Below, in pieces: positions 1-8,835 of a DNA stretch of 64,000 bases. Made by a program: the position numbers and the translations under genes. Source of the DNA: Carpediemonas membranifera BICM (lineage: Eukaryota > Protista > Fornicata); the NCBI GenBank assembly GCA_019828565.1, contig JAHDYR010000064.1, positions 124,001 to 188,000 of the forward strand, in the 5' to 3' direction. The notes beneath the pieces were generated by a model. The model searched no databases, was not told the origin of the DNA, and worked only from the letters and a program-made list of their open reading frames with translations. Position 1 is the first letter of the stretch; each line of letters begins with the position of its first letter.

Positions 1-458
1 TCAAGGTCATGCACCAAGATGCGCTAGACAAAGTGTCAGCAACGACACCTATCTCGTCCGACTATGTGTTGGTCAAGTACCCGAATGGACCGCCGTCCAA
101 GTTGGCGTCAGGATGGCGAGGGCCTATGAAGCTAGTGCGTCCTATCGTGAGGCAGAACCTCACGGTGGGCTATGTCGTCAAGGATGTCAACACAAAGAAG
201 GAGTTCCAAGTCGCCTCGGAGAGAGTTCGCGCCTTTATGGGTGAGTTGTCCGAGCAACGGGCTCAGGAACTCGCGGCAGTCACGCTCGGTGAATATCTGG
301 TCGAGTCCATACTAGAGTCGACGAGTGAGGCCAGGATGAGAGACAGGAAGTTCCGGGTTAGATGGCTGGGATATGAGCCGTCAGAGGACACATGGGAACC
401 ATATGGGAATGTCAAGGGTTGTGAAGCACTGGATGTATTCCTGGGAAGGGCCAAGTAA
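1..458 (+). CDS. C-terminus of a Ty3/Gypsy Pol (integrase C-terminal region + chromodomain), truncated by the window edge; belongs to the outer (host) element
   Basis: KLASGWRGPMK (GPY/F-like motif), then a canonical chromodomain YLVESIL...FRVRWLGYEPSEDTWEP. Confidence 0.85.
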   Translation, partial: KVMHQDALDKVSATTPISSDYVLVKYPNGPPSKLASGWRGPMKLVRPIVRQNLTVGYVVKDVNTKKEFQVASERVRAFMGELSEQRAQELAAVTLGEYLVESILESTSEARMRDRKFRVRWLGYEPSEDTWEPYGNVKGCEALDVFLGRAK

Positions 459-487
459 ATGGCGCCCAGAGAGAGTCACAATCTGAT

Positions 488-1816
488 TTATTCAATGGCA
501 CCAAGGCTGTCACCAAGCTCAAAGAAGATGCCGTCATGCTCCCAGCGCCGACGAACACGACGCCATAAGTTATGCTCGTTGAGATAACGAGTGACAGGCA
601 TGGTGCGGCAAAGATCCTGGGTCAGGAAGGTCAGTGACGGCAGCGGATAGCCCGAAAACTGGACGAGCAGGATGAACGACTCCTCCTGGCGGGCGTTCTC
701 GTAGAGCTCGATGTGCTCTTTGACCTCCACCACACCGTACGCGGCGGACGTGTCCGTGAGCTGGAGCGTGAACAGCTCCTTGTTCATGGCAAGCTCCATA
801 GCCGGGAGATGCTCAAGCCGGACACAGGTCCAATAGGCCCGAACGAAGTCGCGGGAGCGGGTGGCGGTCAGGCGCGAGGCACCGCGGTTCTCAGCCGCCA
901 TAAGCAGCGAGAACATGGCTGGGTGTCGGCCTGCCATCACCACGCGCTTGAGGAGGTCCACCACCACATCACGAGAGACCGTGGCACCCGGCTCTCGAGT
1001 GCGCTTCAGCGCCAGGAGGGCTCCCTCAGCTGTGGCGACGTGGTTTGTGGCAAACCGGTCGCTCGTCCCGCCCTGGACCAGAGCCGCGGCTACGGCGCGA
1101 GTGTCTTGGACACCCTCCATGGAGCGCTGGAGAGCGCACCCGATGGCCGTCACCTCCGCGAACCGACGAAGGATGTCGGCAGAGACGTAAGCAGCCGTGA
1201 CCTCGGTCATAGCGCTGCCGAAGAGCTTCCCGGTCTGAACTCGGTCGAGGAGGGCTGTGAAATTGACTTCGAAGCAGTTGGAGAAGCGAGCAGTGCTGAT
1301 CTCCGCAAAGGTGGTGCGGAAGGTCTCGACCTGACGCTGCTCGCGTGCCGGAAGAGGTTCGGCGGGCTCGGTCGGCTCGGCGACGGTCACAATAGCCCTA
1401 GGGGTTTCGACATTGGCGCGGTAGCGGGTCTGTCGGTGGAATGGGCGGACAGGGACCTCTACGACACGCTGGTTGAACTCAGCGCCCAGCTCACTCGTGC
1501 GGGTGATTGTGGTCTGAGCAGATTCGGGATGGCAGTCGGTGATGTGCCGTCCGGAGCGTCGAGGTCGGAGAACGGTGCGATCGGGAGCTGAACCAGCTTC
1601 TTGGTGCGAAATGGCATCACCATCGGTGTTCTCAGCGGTGTTTTCAGTGGATGGAGGCGTGTGAGAACCTTCAGTAGCTTCCTGGGAGCCGTCACCATTC
1701 AGCAGCTCGACATGCTTTCGCTTCAAGGCCTGAAGATCGGAGATGAGCACACCAGTAGGATTGGCCGTCATATACTGGTCGATTGCAGCAAAGAGTTCCT
1801 CCTCTACGTTTGTCAT
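488..1816 (-). CDS. Antisense accessory ORF of the outer retroelement, with a degenerate C-terminal chromodomain-like region
   Basis: Long ORF (first ATG 1816) convergent with pol, 29 nt apart; C-terminus YGVVEVKEH...LLVQFSGYP...VTRYL resembles a chromodomain. Confidence 0.6.
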   Translation of the reverse strand: MTNVEEELFAAIDQYMTANPTGVLISDLQALKRKHVELLNGDGSQEATEGSHTPPSTENTAENTDGDAISHQEAGSAPDRTVLRPRRSGRHITDCHPESAQTTITRTSELGAEFNQRVVEVPVRPFHRQTRYRANVETPRAIVTVAEPTEPAEPLPAREQRQVETFRTTFAEISTARFSNCFEVNFTALLDRVQTGKLFGSAMTEVTAAYVSADILRRFAEVTAIGCALQRSMEGVQDTRAVAAALVQGGTSDRFATNHVATAEGALLALKRTREPGATVSRDVVVDLLKRVVMAGRHPAMFSLLMAAENRGASRLTATRSRDFVRAYWTCVRLEHLPAMELAMNKELFTLQLTDTSAAYGVVEVKEHIELYENARQEESFILLVQFSGYPLPSLTFLTQDLCRTMPVTRYLNEHNLWRRVRRRWEHDGIFFELGDSLGAIE

Positions 1817-2251
1817 AGCGCCGTTTGAAATCTGGGAGGCGTCCCAGATTTGATTTACATGTATACATGAGTTATATAATCTCAGGAGGACACCCACCGC
1901 GCAAGTTACAGACGCTGAGCACGCCTGTATAGCCAATACTGGCCAAGGGACAGCCGTTCACGTATTCTCTCGCGCGTTTTATGCCGAGACGAGATCTCGA
2001 GGAAAAGGGGAAGAAAACACCTCCAAGAAGTGATAATGGACAAAGTTTATACGAAGAACGTGGTTTTGATGTTGGTTATTCATGATGGAGCTCGTATTCT
2101 GGGCACAAGAAGTCCGAGCGGAGACGAAGAGAAGAAAACTCCCGTATCTCGCCAAGGAAGCGGAATTGGAGCTAGTTAACTGCATTTTTGAAGCCTATGT
2201 AAGAAATAGCGGAAGAGGAGCACAAACCGCCAACTATTCCGAATCAAGCCG

Positions 2252-2294
2252 TGTAGTCTCGGTCAGAGAAATCAATCAAGTGCAGTTTACCACA
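2252..2294 (-). repeat. 3' LTR (43 bp)
   Basis: tgtagtctcggtcagagaaatcaatcaagtgcagtttaccaca on + strand, identical to 6760-6802; imperfect terminal inverted repeat TGTRGT. Confidence 0.9.
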
Positions 2295-2303
2295 TCGCCC
2301 CCT
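2295..2303 (-). other. Polypurine tract of the nested chromovirus
   Basis: AGGGGGCGA on minus strand, running from the pol stop codon to the 3' LTR. Confidence 0.7.
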
Positions 2304-5300
2304 AGTGGCGAGAACGCCTAGCGTGTTGGACAAGGTAGTCCTGGCAGACCTTGTTGAAGTGGGCGTTTGAGTCACGATACTGGATAAACGCATCGTTGGT
2401 GAGGAGCTCAGTGATGGGTGCGTCTTGGTCCTCGTCGGCCTCGTAGCCGAGCCAACGCACCTGGCACATGGGCATGCCCGTGTCAGCGCGCTTGAACCAC
2501 TTGACGATGTGGTCGACGATCCCGTGGGGAGTGTCCTGGACGAAGTACTTGCGAGCTTCGTCGACCGTGAGGCGCTCCTGGAGCTTCGCCAGGCGACTGG
2601 CGTGCCTCTTGATAGTCTTGCCGGTGACAGGGTTCTCAAGGAGGTAGCCCTGGTCTTCGGTGGCGGCCCAAACCCGGTAGGGGCCACGCATCTTGAACTC
2701 GAGGCGAGGAACTGGGGCGTCGCGCTGCACGAGGACCCAGTCGCCGGGAGAAAGCTGGGAAGCGAGAGTGGGATAGAACCTGTCTTTCACCCCCTTCCTG
2801 GTGAGCTGAGCAGCTTTGATTGCAGCCATGGTGTGGATGGCACGGTCCATGGTCTCTTGGCTGACGCTCGATGTATCTGGGGCAGTCCTGGGCCCGTTCT
2901 TGACCTGGTGGTGGATGAGAGCCGCTGAAAAGGCGGCCTCGTGAGGCGTACGGCCACCGAGAGCAGCCGAAGGCGTAGAGTTGATGTTCAGCTCCGTCTG
3001 TTGCATGACGCTGCGCCATGTATGACGATTGTTGCCGTCGATCAGTGTAGAGATGCCAACACGTAGATGCCGGTTGATCTCACGGTTCTGGCGCTCAACA
3101 AGTCCGTTTGCTTCGTGTCGAAGAGGAGTAGTGTTATGGTGTACGATACCATACTGTGAGCAGAACTTAGAGAACTCGTGGTTGCAGAACTCCGATCCTG
3201 AATCGGTTTGAATAATGTCTGGGCATGCAAGTCTGGAGATGATGACGTCTTTGACCTGGTCAATAATTTCTCGCGGCTCCTTAGTGCGCAGGGGTATGAT
3301 TCGCGTGAGGCGAGTGCCAACATCGATGCATGTGAGGATGTATTTGAAGCCTTGGTCGGCCGGGTCGATAGGGCCTATGAGGTCCATGTGGACGACACAG
3401 AGCGGCGGTGCTGTCTGGATCATGCCTGGCGTGAACTGCACGTTCGTTCTGTTGGTCTGCTTAGCGCAGGTGACGCAATTCGTGACGTAACGTGAGACGT
3501 CCTCCCTGGCCCCGGGCCAAGAAAGTTCAGCGACATCTAGAAGGCGGAGCGTCGTCTCGACACCCGCGTGGTGTCTGTTATGGACGAAGAGGAAGCGCTC
3601 TTTCTTGAGCTGCTCGGGAAGGGACTCCATTAGTAGGGTCGGCACGCGCGAAAGGCCATCGGCCGCTGTGTTAGCGCAGCCGTCGACATGTACGAGCTCC
3701 GTGATGCTGTACTGGGCAACCTCCAGTGCCCAGCGGGCGACCTTTGGGGTCTCGGACCGGGCCATGAATGTGAGGTTGCGACTGTCGGTATGTAGTATGA
3801 TGTTCGAGCCCGCAAGGATTGAGCGAAAGCGCGACAGCGTGGACACGATGGCGAACATCTCCTGCTCGACGGTGGTCCATCGGGCCTCCGTATCAGAGAG
3901 CTTCTTGCTGTAAAAGGCGATCGGCCCCTTATCCTGGATAATTGAGGCGCCGATGCCCACGTTAGATGCGTCGGTATACACGTGGACGGGCTTGTCGGGC
4001 TGAAAGTGAGCGAGCTCAACTGCGTTGGCCGCTGCGGCCTTGAGGATCGACAATGAATTAGAGGCGTCATCGCTGGAGACGTGCTTCTTAGACGCGAGGT
4101 CCTGTAGGGGACGCGCCTTCTCAACGAAGTTGGGAATGAACTGGCGAATAAAGGAAAAGACACCCACGACATGCTTCGCGTCCTTGGAGGACTGCGGCAC
4201 GGGAAGGTCGGTGATGCCTTGTAGGCGCTTCGGGTCGATGCGGACCCCACTCCCTGAGACAATAAAGCCTAGGTATTCCACTTCCGAGGCCCCGATGATA
4301 GACTTGGTGGGTGACAGCCTAATGTTGGCTTCCGCGAGGGCGGCAAACAGCGACTCGACCTGGCCGAGCAACTCTTCTTCAGACGAAGCGTAGAGTAGAA
4401 TGTCGTCCACGAAGACCAAGCAGTGTGGAATGGGCTTCAGAAGGGTCTCCATGCGGGCCTGAAAGACCATGGGGCCATTGGTAACCCCAAACGGCAGCCG
4501 TGTGAACTGGAGGGTCTGACCTTGGTGGCTAAATGCCGTATACTTTCGGGAGGAGTCAGCCAAGGAGAGCTGAAAGAACCCAGATGTCAGGTCGAACTTC
4601 GCAAAGTGGGTCGCCCCTCGGACTTGCTCGAACAGTTCATCAGGACTGGGCATGCGATGCCATTCAGCCGTTGTCGCCTCATTGAGCTCTCTGAAGTCGA
4701 TGCAGAGTCTGTAAGGCGGGTCCGCACTGGGTTTCGGGACCATGAGGATAGGGCTCAGCCATCCTTCGTCCGTTGTGACTGTCGCGAGGATCCCAGCAGT
4801 AATCATCTGCGTGATGTAGAACGCTGCTGCAGCAGTGTGGGCAGCACTGCGAAGGCGTCGAACGGTCCTCACAGGGACGGCACTCTCGCGGATATGGATC
4901 TCGTACGGCGGAAGCTTGGCCGGCTCCTTGCCCAGCGGGCCAAAGATAAAGGCGAACGTCCCCAGCAAGAGCAGGAACTTGGCTCGTATGTCGCCAACCA
5001 CTCTGTCATGGACTTGTGGAAGGACCGCCGTCTCGTCGGGTGTAAAGAGATTAAGCATCTCTGAGGTGTTGGAGACGTCATGGAGGTGAGGAGGCTCCTC
5101 GGCGGTTACGGCGTTCGGCCCGAAATCCATTCCGGTGCGGCGGAGGAGGCTCTTCCCCAGGAGGCATGCGACGGGGAAGGTGTCGACAATGTGGGCTGTG
5201 ATGGTGATGGTCGTGGGGATCGGGAAGTAGTTCGGATCTATGAGGCGGAGCCTAAACGGCTCGGAGGGCTGCGCCTCGAGGGCTGTTGGTCCCTCGATGG

Positions 5301-5625
5301 CGTTGAGGACTACTGGGGAAGCCTTAGATTGCTTGATGCCCAGATACTGCGCGGCGTCCTTACGGATGATGAAGGGGAGTTGCTTGCCGCCGGTGTCCAT
5401 GTCCGCGACAATAGGCTTGCCTTCAACCTCGACGAGAGTGAGATAGTCGTCGCAGTCGGGGGGGATCTCCGTGGCTATGGGTGCCTGCGGGGACTGCATG
5501 AGTAGAGTCGTGCCCTGGGCGAGCTCCTTAAGCTTGCGTTCGTCGCGAATGCGCAGGGCCTCCTTGTGCTTGGTCTTATGCTTCTCGCTTGCTCTGAGGG
5601 AGGTGGATAAGTACTTGCTTGTCTG
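2302..5625 (-). CDS. pol: Pol polyprotein: aspartic protease, RT, RNase H, integrase, chromodomain
   Basis: DTG protease; RLCIDFRELN, LPFGV, FVDDIL (RT); TDAS...EMFAI...TDS (RNase H); H..HAG...CVTC, HMDLIGP, TDSGSEF, NGLVER (IN); RGPY; VRWLGY chromodomain. Frame is open from 5625; first ATG at 5499. Confidence 0.95.
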   Translation of the reverse strand, partial: QTSKYLSTSLRASEKHKTKHKEALRIRDERKLKELAQGTTLLMQSPQAPIATEIPPDCDDYLTLVEVEGKPIVADMDTGGKQLPFIIRKDAAQYLGIKQSKASPVVLNAIEGPTALEAQPSEPFRLRLIDPNYFPIPTTITITAHIVDTFPVACLLGKSLLRRTGMDFGPNAVTAEEPPHLHDVSNTSEMLNLFTPDETAVLPQVHDRVVGDIRAKFLLLLGTFAFIFGPLGKEPAKLPPYEIHIRESAVPVRTVRRLRSAAHTAAAAFYITQMITAGILATVTTDEGWLSPILMVPKPSADPPYRLCIDFRELNEATTAEWHRMPSPDELFEQVRGATHFAKFDLTSGFFQLSLADSSRKYTAFSHQGQTLQFTRLPFGVTNGPMVFQARMETLLKPIPHCLVFVDDILLYASSEEELLGQVESLFAALAEANIRLSPTKSIIGASEVEYLGFIVSGSGVRIDPKRLQGITDLPVPQSSKDAKHVVGVFSFIRQFIPNFVEKARPLQDLASKKHVSSDDASNSLSILKAAAANAVELAHFQPDKPVHVYTDASNVGIGASIIQDKGPIAFYSKKLSDTEARWTTVEQEMFAIVSTLSRFRSILAGSNIILHTDSRNLTFMARSETPKVARWALEVAQYSITELVHVDGCANTAADGLSRVPTLLMESLPEQLKKERFLFVHNRHHAGVETTLRLLDVAELSWPGAREDVSRYVTNCVTCAKQTNRTNVQFTPGMIQTAPPLCVVHMDLIGPIDPADQGFKYILTCIDVGTRLTRIIPLRTKEPREIIDQVKDVIISRLACPDIIQTDSGSEFCNHEFSKFCSQYGIVHHNTTPLRHEANGLVERQNREINRHLRVGISTLIDGNNRHTWRSVMQQTELNINSTPSAALGGRTPHEAAFSAALIHHQVKNGPRTAPDTSSVSQETMDRAIHTMAAIKAAQLTRKGVKDRFYPTLASQLSPGDWVLVQRDAPVPRLEFKMRGPYRVWAATEDQGYLLENPVTGKTIKRHASRLAKLQERLTVDEARKYFVQDTPHGIVDHIVKWFKRADTGMPMCQVRWLGYEADEDQDAPITELLTNDAFIQYRDSNAHFNKVCQDYLVQHARRSRH

Positions 5626-6739
5626 TTATCTTAGACGGGTCGGACGTGAGCTGCTTTAGGACCTCGCAGTCAGCGTTCGAGTGGCCACGCGTGAAGTGCC
5701 AGTCGCATGCTTTGTGCTTTGTCTCACGAGAGGCGTGAGGCTTCTCCTGCCTCTGAGGCTGGTGGTGCGGAGTGGCATCTTTGCTCTTAGAGGCGCCTGG
5801 CGTCTCTTCATGGTCGATGGTTGTGGCAGTAGTGACGTAGAATCGGTCATACTTACGGATCGACGTGTCAGCCTCGACCAGGGCGGTCCGGGCCGTTGCG
5901 ATAAGGTCGGTGAGTGTAGTGTCCTCTGAGGCTATGAGGTTGGACGATCCCTCGCCGAAGACTAGGGCACGACTCTCGGCGTTAGGGAAGTTCAGCCCAT
6001 TCATGAGGGTCTGCTTCAGGTCTCGCTGCACGTTCGAGTCGGCCCTATCTTCGTCCACAAGTGCCAGCCCGGCGATTCTGTCGTACTGCGCGACGTAGGC
6101 CAGCGCAGAGGCGATGGTGCTCGTCCTCGATGTCCCAACCACCACCTTGGGTAGAGCGCGGAGGTGGGATAGGCTCTCTTGCGTATGGGTGTGTAACACC
6201 AGCCTCATGTATGCTAGGGTGTTGTTCGCCTGTAGGGTGAGGGCTTCGATCCGCTTAGTGGTGTCGAGGAGCTTGGCGGGTCCTTCAGTCTTGACCGCTG
6301 CGGCCAGAGTAGAGGATTGAGCGAGGAGAGCGATCTTGTTCTTCCGGTGTTCAGCCACGTCTGCATTCGTATAACCAGCGGCTAGCATCTCGGCGATGAG
6401 GTCGTCTAATATCCGAACCTCGCGCTCAGTGGCGGCGAGCTTGTGCTCACTCTCGGATTGTGACACGGCCTGGCGGTGTCTAACTAGGTAAGGTTGCGTC
6501 TCGCTCGCAAGGTAGTCGAGGAATTGGTCGCTCGACACGAACTTGTGCTTAGTGCCATCAATGGCTTCATAAGTGTAGCTCGCAGTGATCAGAGTTTGGA
6601 GCATGCTGCGAACCTCTTCTCTGCTTAGGTAGGATACCAGTAAGTCGGGTTTCTCCCTTGATCGTAGAGTACCCTTGTAGTCGTCGATAAAATTCGACCA
6701 CGAGACGATACTTCGTCCCGGCGATGTAATTTGACTCAT
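5576..6739 (-). CDS. gag: Gag-like protein with a C-terminal Cys/His knuckle
   Basis: Upstream of pol; first ATG inside the element (MSQITSP) is 20 nt after the 5' LTR; motif C-x2-H-x4-H-x4-C (CDWHFTRGHSNADC). Confidence 0.8.
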   Translation of the reverse strand: MSQITSPGRSIVSWSNFIDDYKGTLRSREKPDLLVSYLSREEVRSMLQTLITASYTYEAIDGTKHKFVSSDQFLDYLASETQPYLVRHRQAVSQSESEHKLAATEREVRILDDLIAEMLAAGYTNADVAEHRKNKIALLAQSSTLAAAVKTEGPAKLLDTTKRIEALTLQANNTLAYMRLVLHTHTQESLSHLRALPKVVVGTSRTSTIASALAYVAQYDRIAGLALVDEDRADSNVQRDLKQTLMNGLNFPNAESRALVFGEGSSNLIASEDTTLTDLIATARTALVEADTSIRKYDRFYVTTATTIDHEETPGASKSKDATPHHQPQRQEKPHASRETKHKACDWHFTRGHSNADCEVLKQLTSDPSKITDKQVLIHLPQSKREA

Positions 6740-6759
6740 ATATGGACTGTAGAAGCTTC

Positions 6760-6802
6760 TGTAGTCTCGGTCAGAGAAATCAATCAAGTGCAGTTTACCA
6801 CA
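6760..6802 (-). repeat. 5' LTR (43 bp)
   Basis: Identical to 2252-2294; followed on + strand by the TSD AGCCG. Confidence 0.9.
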
Positions 6803-7248
6803 AGCCGAATGCATGACATAACCTGCACGGTTTGATGCAATCAGACAGAACACTGGTATGTATCGACTACTAGGAGGGGCAGGATCCCCAGGTAAGATAC
6901 CCATGACACAGCGCGCTTATTTAGTGGTACCACGAGTCTTTTCGAATCTGTAGAATCTTTGCGCAATCTAGAAAATCTTTAGAGAATTTCCGTGGGTGGA
7001 CTCCACGCCGGGCGATGGCTTAGGACGCTATGTCGTCAGCCTAGTCAACGGATACTATCCGGCGTACACGCAAGTCCCGTGTGCGCGACGGTCAGCCCTC
7101 TAAGTTGAACTTAGTTGGCATCCCCGGATCACTGGTCATTCCCCAGCGATCGACGGTTATAGGGTCAGCACTCTTGGGCTGTTCCCCCAAGACCTGATTA
7201 ACAATGGTATCCTTTTCGTGATGCTCTTAACAGAGCATGGGGGGGAAG

Positions 7249-7356
7249 TGTCAGCCATTTATATATGAGATACGTATTTGATACGGTCTTGATCCGTCCA
7301 GCTCGACACCCTTGTGTCGAGCTCTCTTTGTAAAGTCTTTTTCCTTAGTGATCACA
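7249..7356 (+). repeat. Putative 3' LTR of the outer element (end uncertain)
   Basis: Starts with TG right after the PPT; contains TATA-like TTTATATAT and hairpin agctcgacac/gtgtcgagct; candidate end ...GATCACA at 7356. Confidence 0.45.
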
Positions 7357-7818
7357 ACGGGATTTTCACGAAACGCGATCAGTGCAATTGCGACAGCTGG
7401 GAGCTGAAAAGCGGAAGATATGCCTGTAACAAGGATCTATAACACCTCCTGAAGTTAGACTGCTGATAGCTAGTCTCGTTGTCGAGTTCTGAGCTTGCAC
7501 AAAAAAGTTGAATCTGAATTTCACGGTCAATATTGACCTAGATCGCGAAAGTGAAGGTGTAAGAAAAGGCTAACTCACCAACGAGAGCAGCTAGAGGAAA
7601 ATGGTAAAGGGTTTTGCAATCTGCATCCCCTGAGGAGTTCAGTTTCACACAGATGAGGATTTGAGAAAGCTCCCCTTTCACAACGTCTTTGGGCACCTTC
7701 GACGGCATCGATAATGATGAAGCATACCATTAGCCCTTATAGTCTATGATACACATCTACTGTTGGCGAAATGTTCTGCAATGTTGTCATCGACGAGATA
7801 TGGTACCACATTTTTTAT

Positions 7819-7931
7819 ATCTCAAGATTGATGAAGTGCCCCATCTAGCCGAGCATATCCGGGTGCTGTATGAAGGTCATATAGCACCCCAGTATGGTTG
7901 GTTAGTTGGGGCACTTCACCAATCCCGAGAT
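7819..7931. repeat. Long imperfect inverted repeat (fold-back of about 113 nt)
   Basis: Left arm gattgatgaagtgcccca...gggtgctgtatga matches the reverse complement of the right arm at 39/48 positions; short loop. Confidence 0.8.
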
Positions 7932-8243
7932 CGTGTGATTGAATCAATAGAACCCAGCGACTGTGACATCGCTGAGAGCTGAAACCAAGAGAGGATGTAA
8001 AACAGTAGTACTGAGCTTGCTTACAGACCAGCTTGTCATGTCGACCACTTTTCACCAACTACATAAAATGCGTTTCCCTATTTACTCGCCGATGAGCAAA
8101 ATAATGCTCGACAACGATGTAAGATATGCGTTATTCATCTATAAAGCACCTGCTGTTGTATTTAAATCGGCTTCAGGGGTTCTAGTTTCGGATATCGCCA
8201 TTTTCACTTCCTCACGACTTCCTCAGGCATCGAAACCCCGTTT

Positions 8244-8482
8244 TTAACAGTATGGAAGCAGATCTACTGTCTCTCGGACGTTGCCGCCGGCAGTAAATGC
8301 GTCTTGAAGCTGTTGAACGGTGGCTTTGAGCTCTGCGATCTCTTGGGCGGCGTCTCCCATCTGTTTCAGTTCGCTCTTGAACAACTGAACCGCCCTTATG
8401 AGACGCACGATCCCGTCTTTGAGATCGTATCGAATCATCCTCGACCTCTCGCGCCGAAGTTTTGGCTCCGCTGGCCTTGCCA
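8244..8482 (-). pseudogene. Probable 5' remnant (terminus + gag start) of an older related YR retroelement
   Basis: KQMGDAAQEIAELKATVQQLQ echoes the neighbouring gag start EKMGDAQPPVTLESLEALV; terminus GGCAAGG resembles the element start GGCATAC. Confidence 0.4.
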
Positions 8483-8520
8483 CGACTTGCAGTCGACTAC
8501 GGTCGAAGTCTCCAATTGAT
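8483..8520 (-). repeat. Split direct repeat B2 (3' terminus)
   Basis: cgacttgcagtcgactacggtcgaagtctccaattgat, identical to 8798-8835. Confidence 0.9.
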
Positions 8521-8563
8521 TAGATCAAATTTATACCCGAGATTGATGGGAAACATGCTCTGA

Positions 8564-8835
8564 CCTCCAGGCTCTCCAGTGTCACGGGGGGCTGTGCGTC
8601 GCCCATCTTCTCGGAACTACCGGGGAATGGGGTTTTAACCCCTTGGTAAAATTGGTCTGAACTGGACCGTAGATTTGATTCGAATATTTGGTCAATATTC
8701 GATCTCTCTCGAATATTTGTACCAGATGGCCGGTAGTCCATCTGGGCCTGTACCACGCCCCGAGGCGTACTTACGCATCGCGTCTACGACGGTATGCCGA
8801 CTTGCAGTCGACTACGGTCGAAGTCTCCAATTGAT
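8564..8835 (-). repeat. Internal B1-A2 copy (mimics the circle junction)
   Basis: A2 (8564-8798) abuts B1 (8798-8835) at tatgcCgactt. Confidence 0.9.

Larger units (their letters stand above)
2252..6802 (-). mobile_element. Full-length Ty3/Gypsy chromovirus (4551 bp) with 43-bp LTRs and a 5-bp TSD
   Basis: Identical 43-bp TG...CA direct repeats at 2252-2294 and 6760-6802, flanked by AGCCG at 2247-2251 and 6803-6807; gag and PR-RT-RH-IN-chromo lie between them. Confidence 0.93.
1..7356 (+). mobile_element. 3' part of an outer chromovirus-like LTR retrotransposon, interrupted by a nested element at 2252-6802
   Basis: Pol end at 458; polypurine tract GGGGGGGAAG (7239-7248) immediately followed by TGTCA. 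The right end is tentative because the partner LTR lies outside the window. Confidence 0.55.

Noticed and set aside
6740-6904. N-terminal extension of the gag ORF to 6904
   Set aside because: Runs through the LTR and TSD into flanking DNA; fortuitous
6990-7240. Self-cleaving ribozyme in the structured region
   Set aside because: No hammerhead, HDV or twister core could be recognised by eye
7620-7745. Minus-strand FIIIDAVE resembling a Harbinger/ISL2EU or Walker B motif
   Set aside because: Short isolated motif with stops nearby; unsupported
8520-8756. 78-aa ORF identical to the gag N-terminus
   Set aside because: Consequence of repeat A2, not a separate gene
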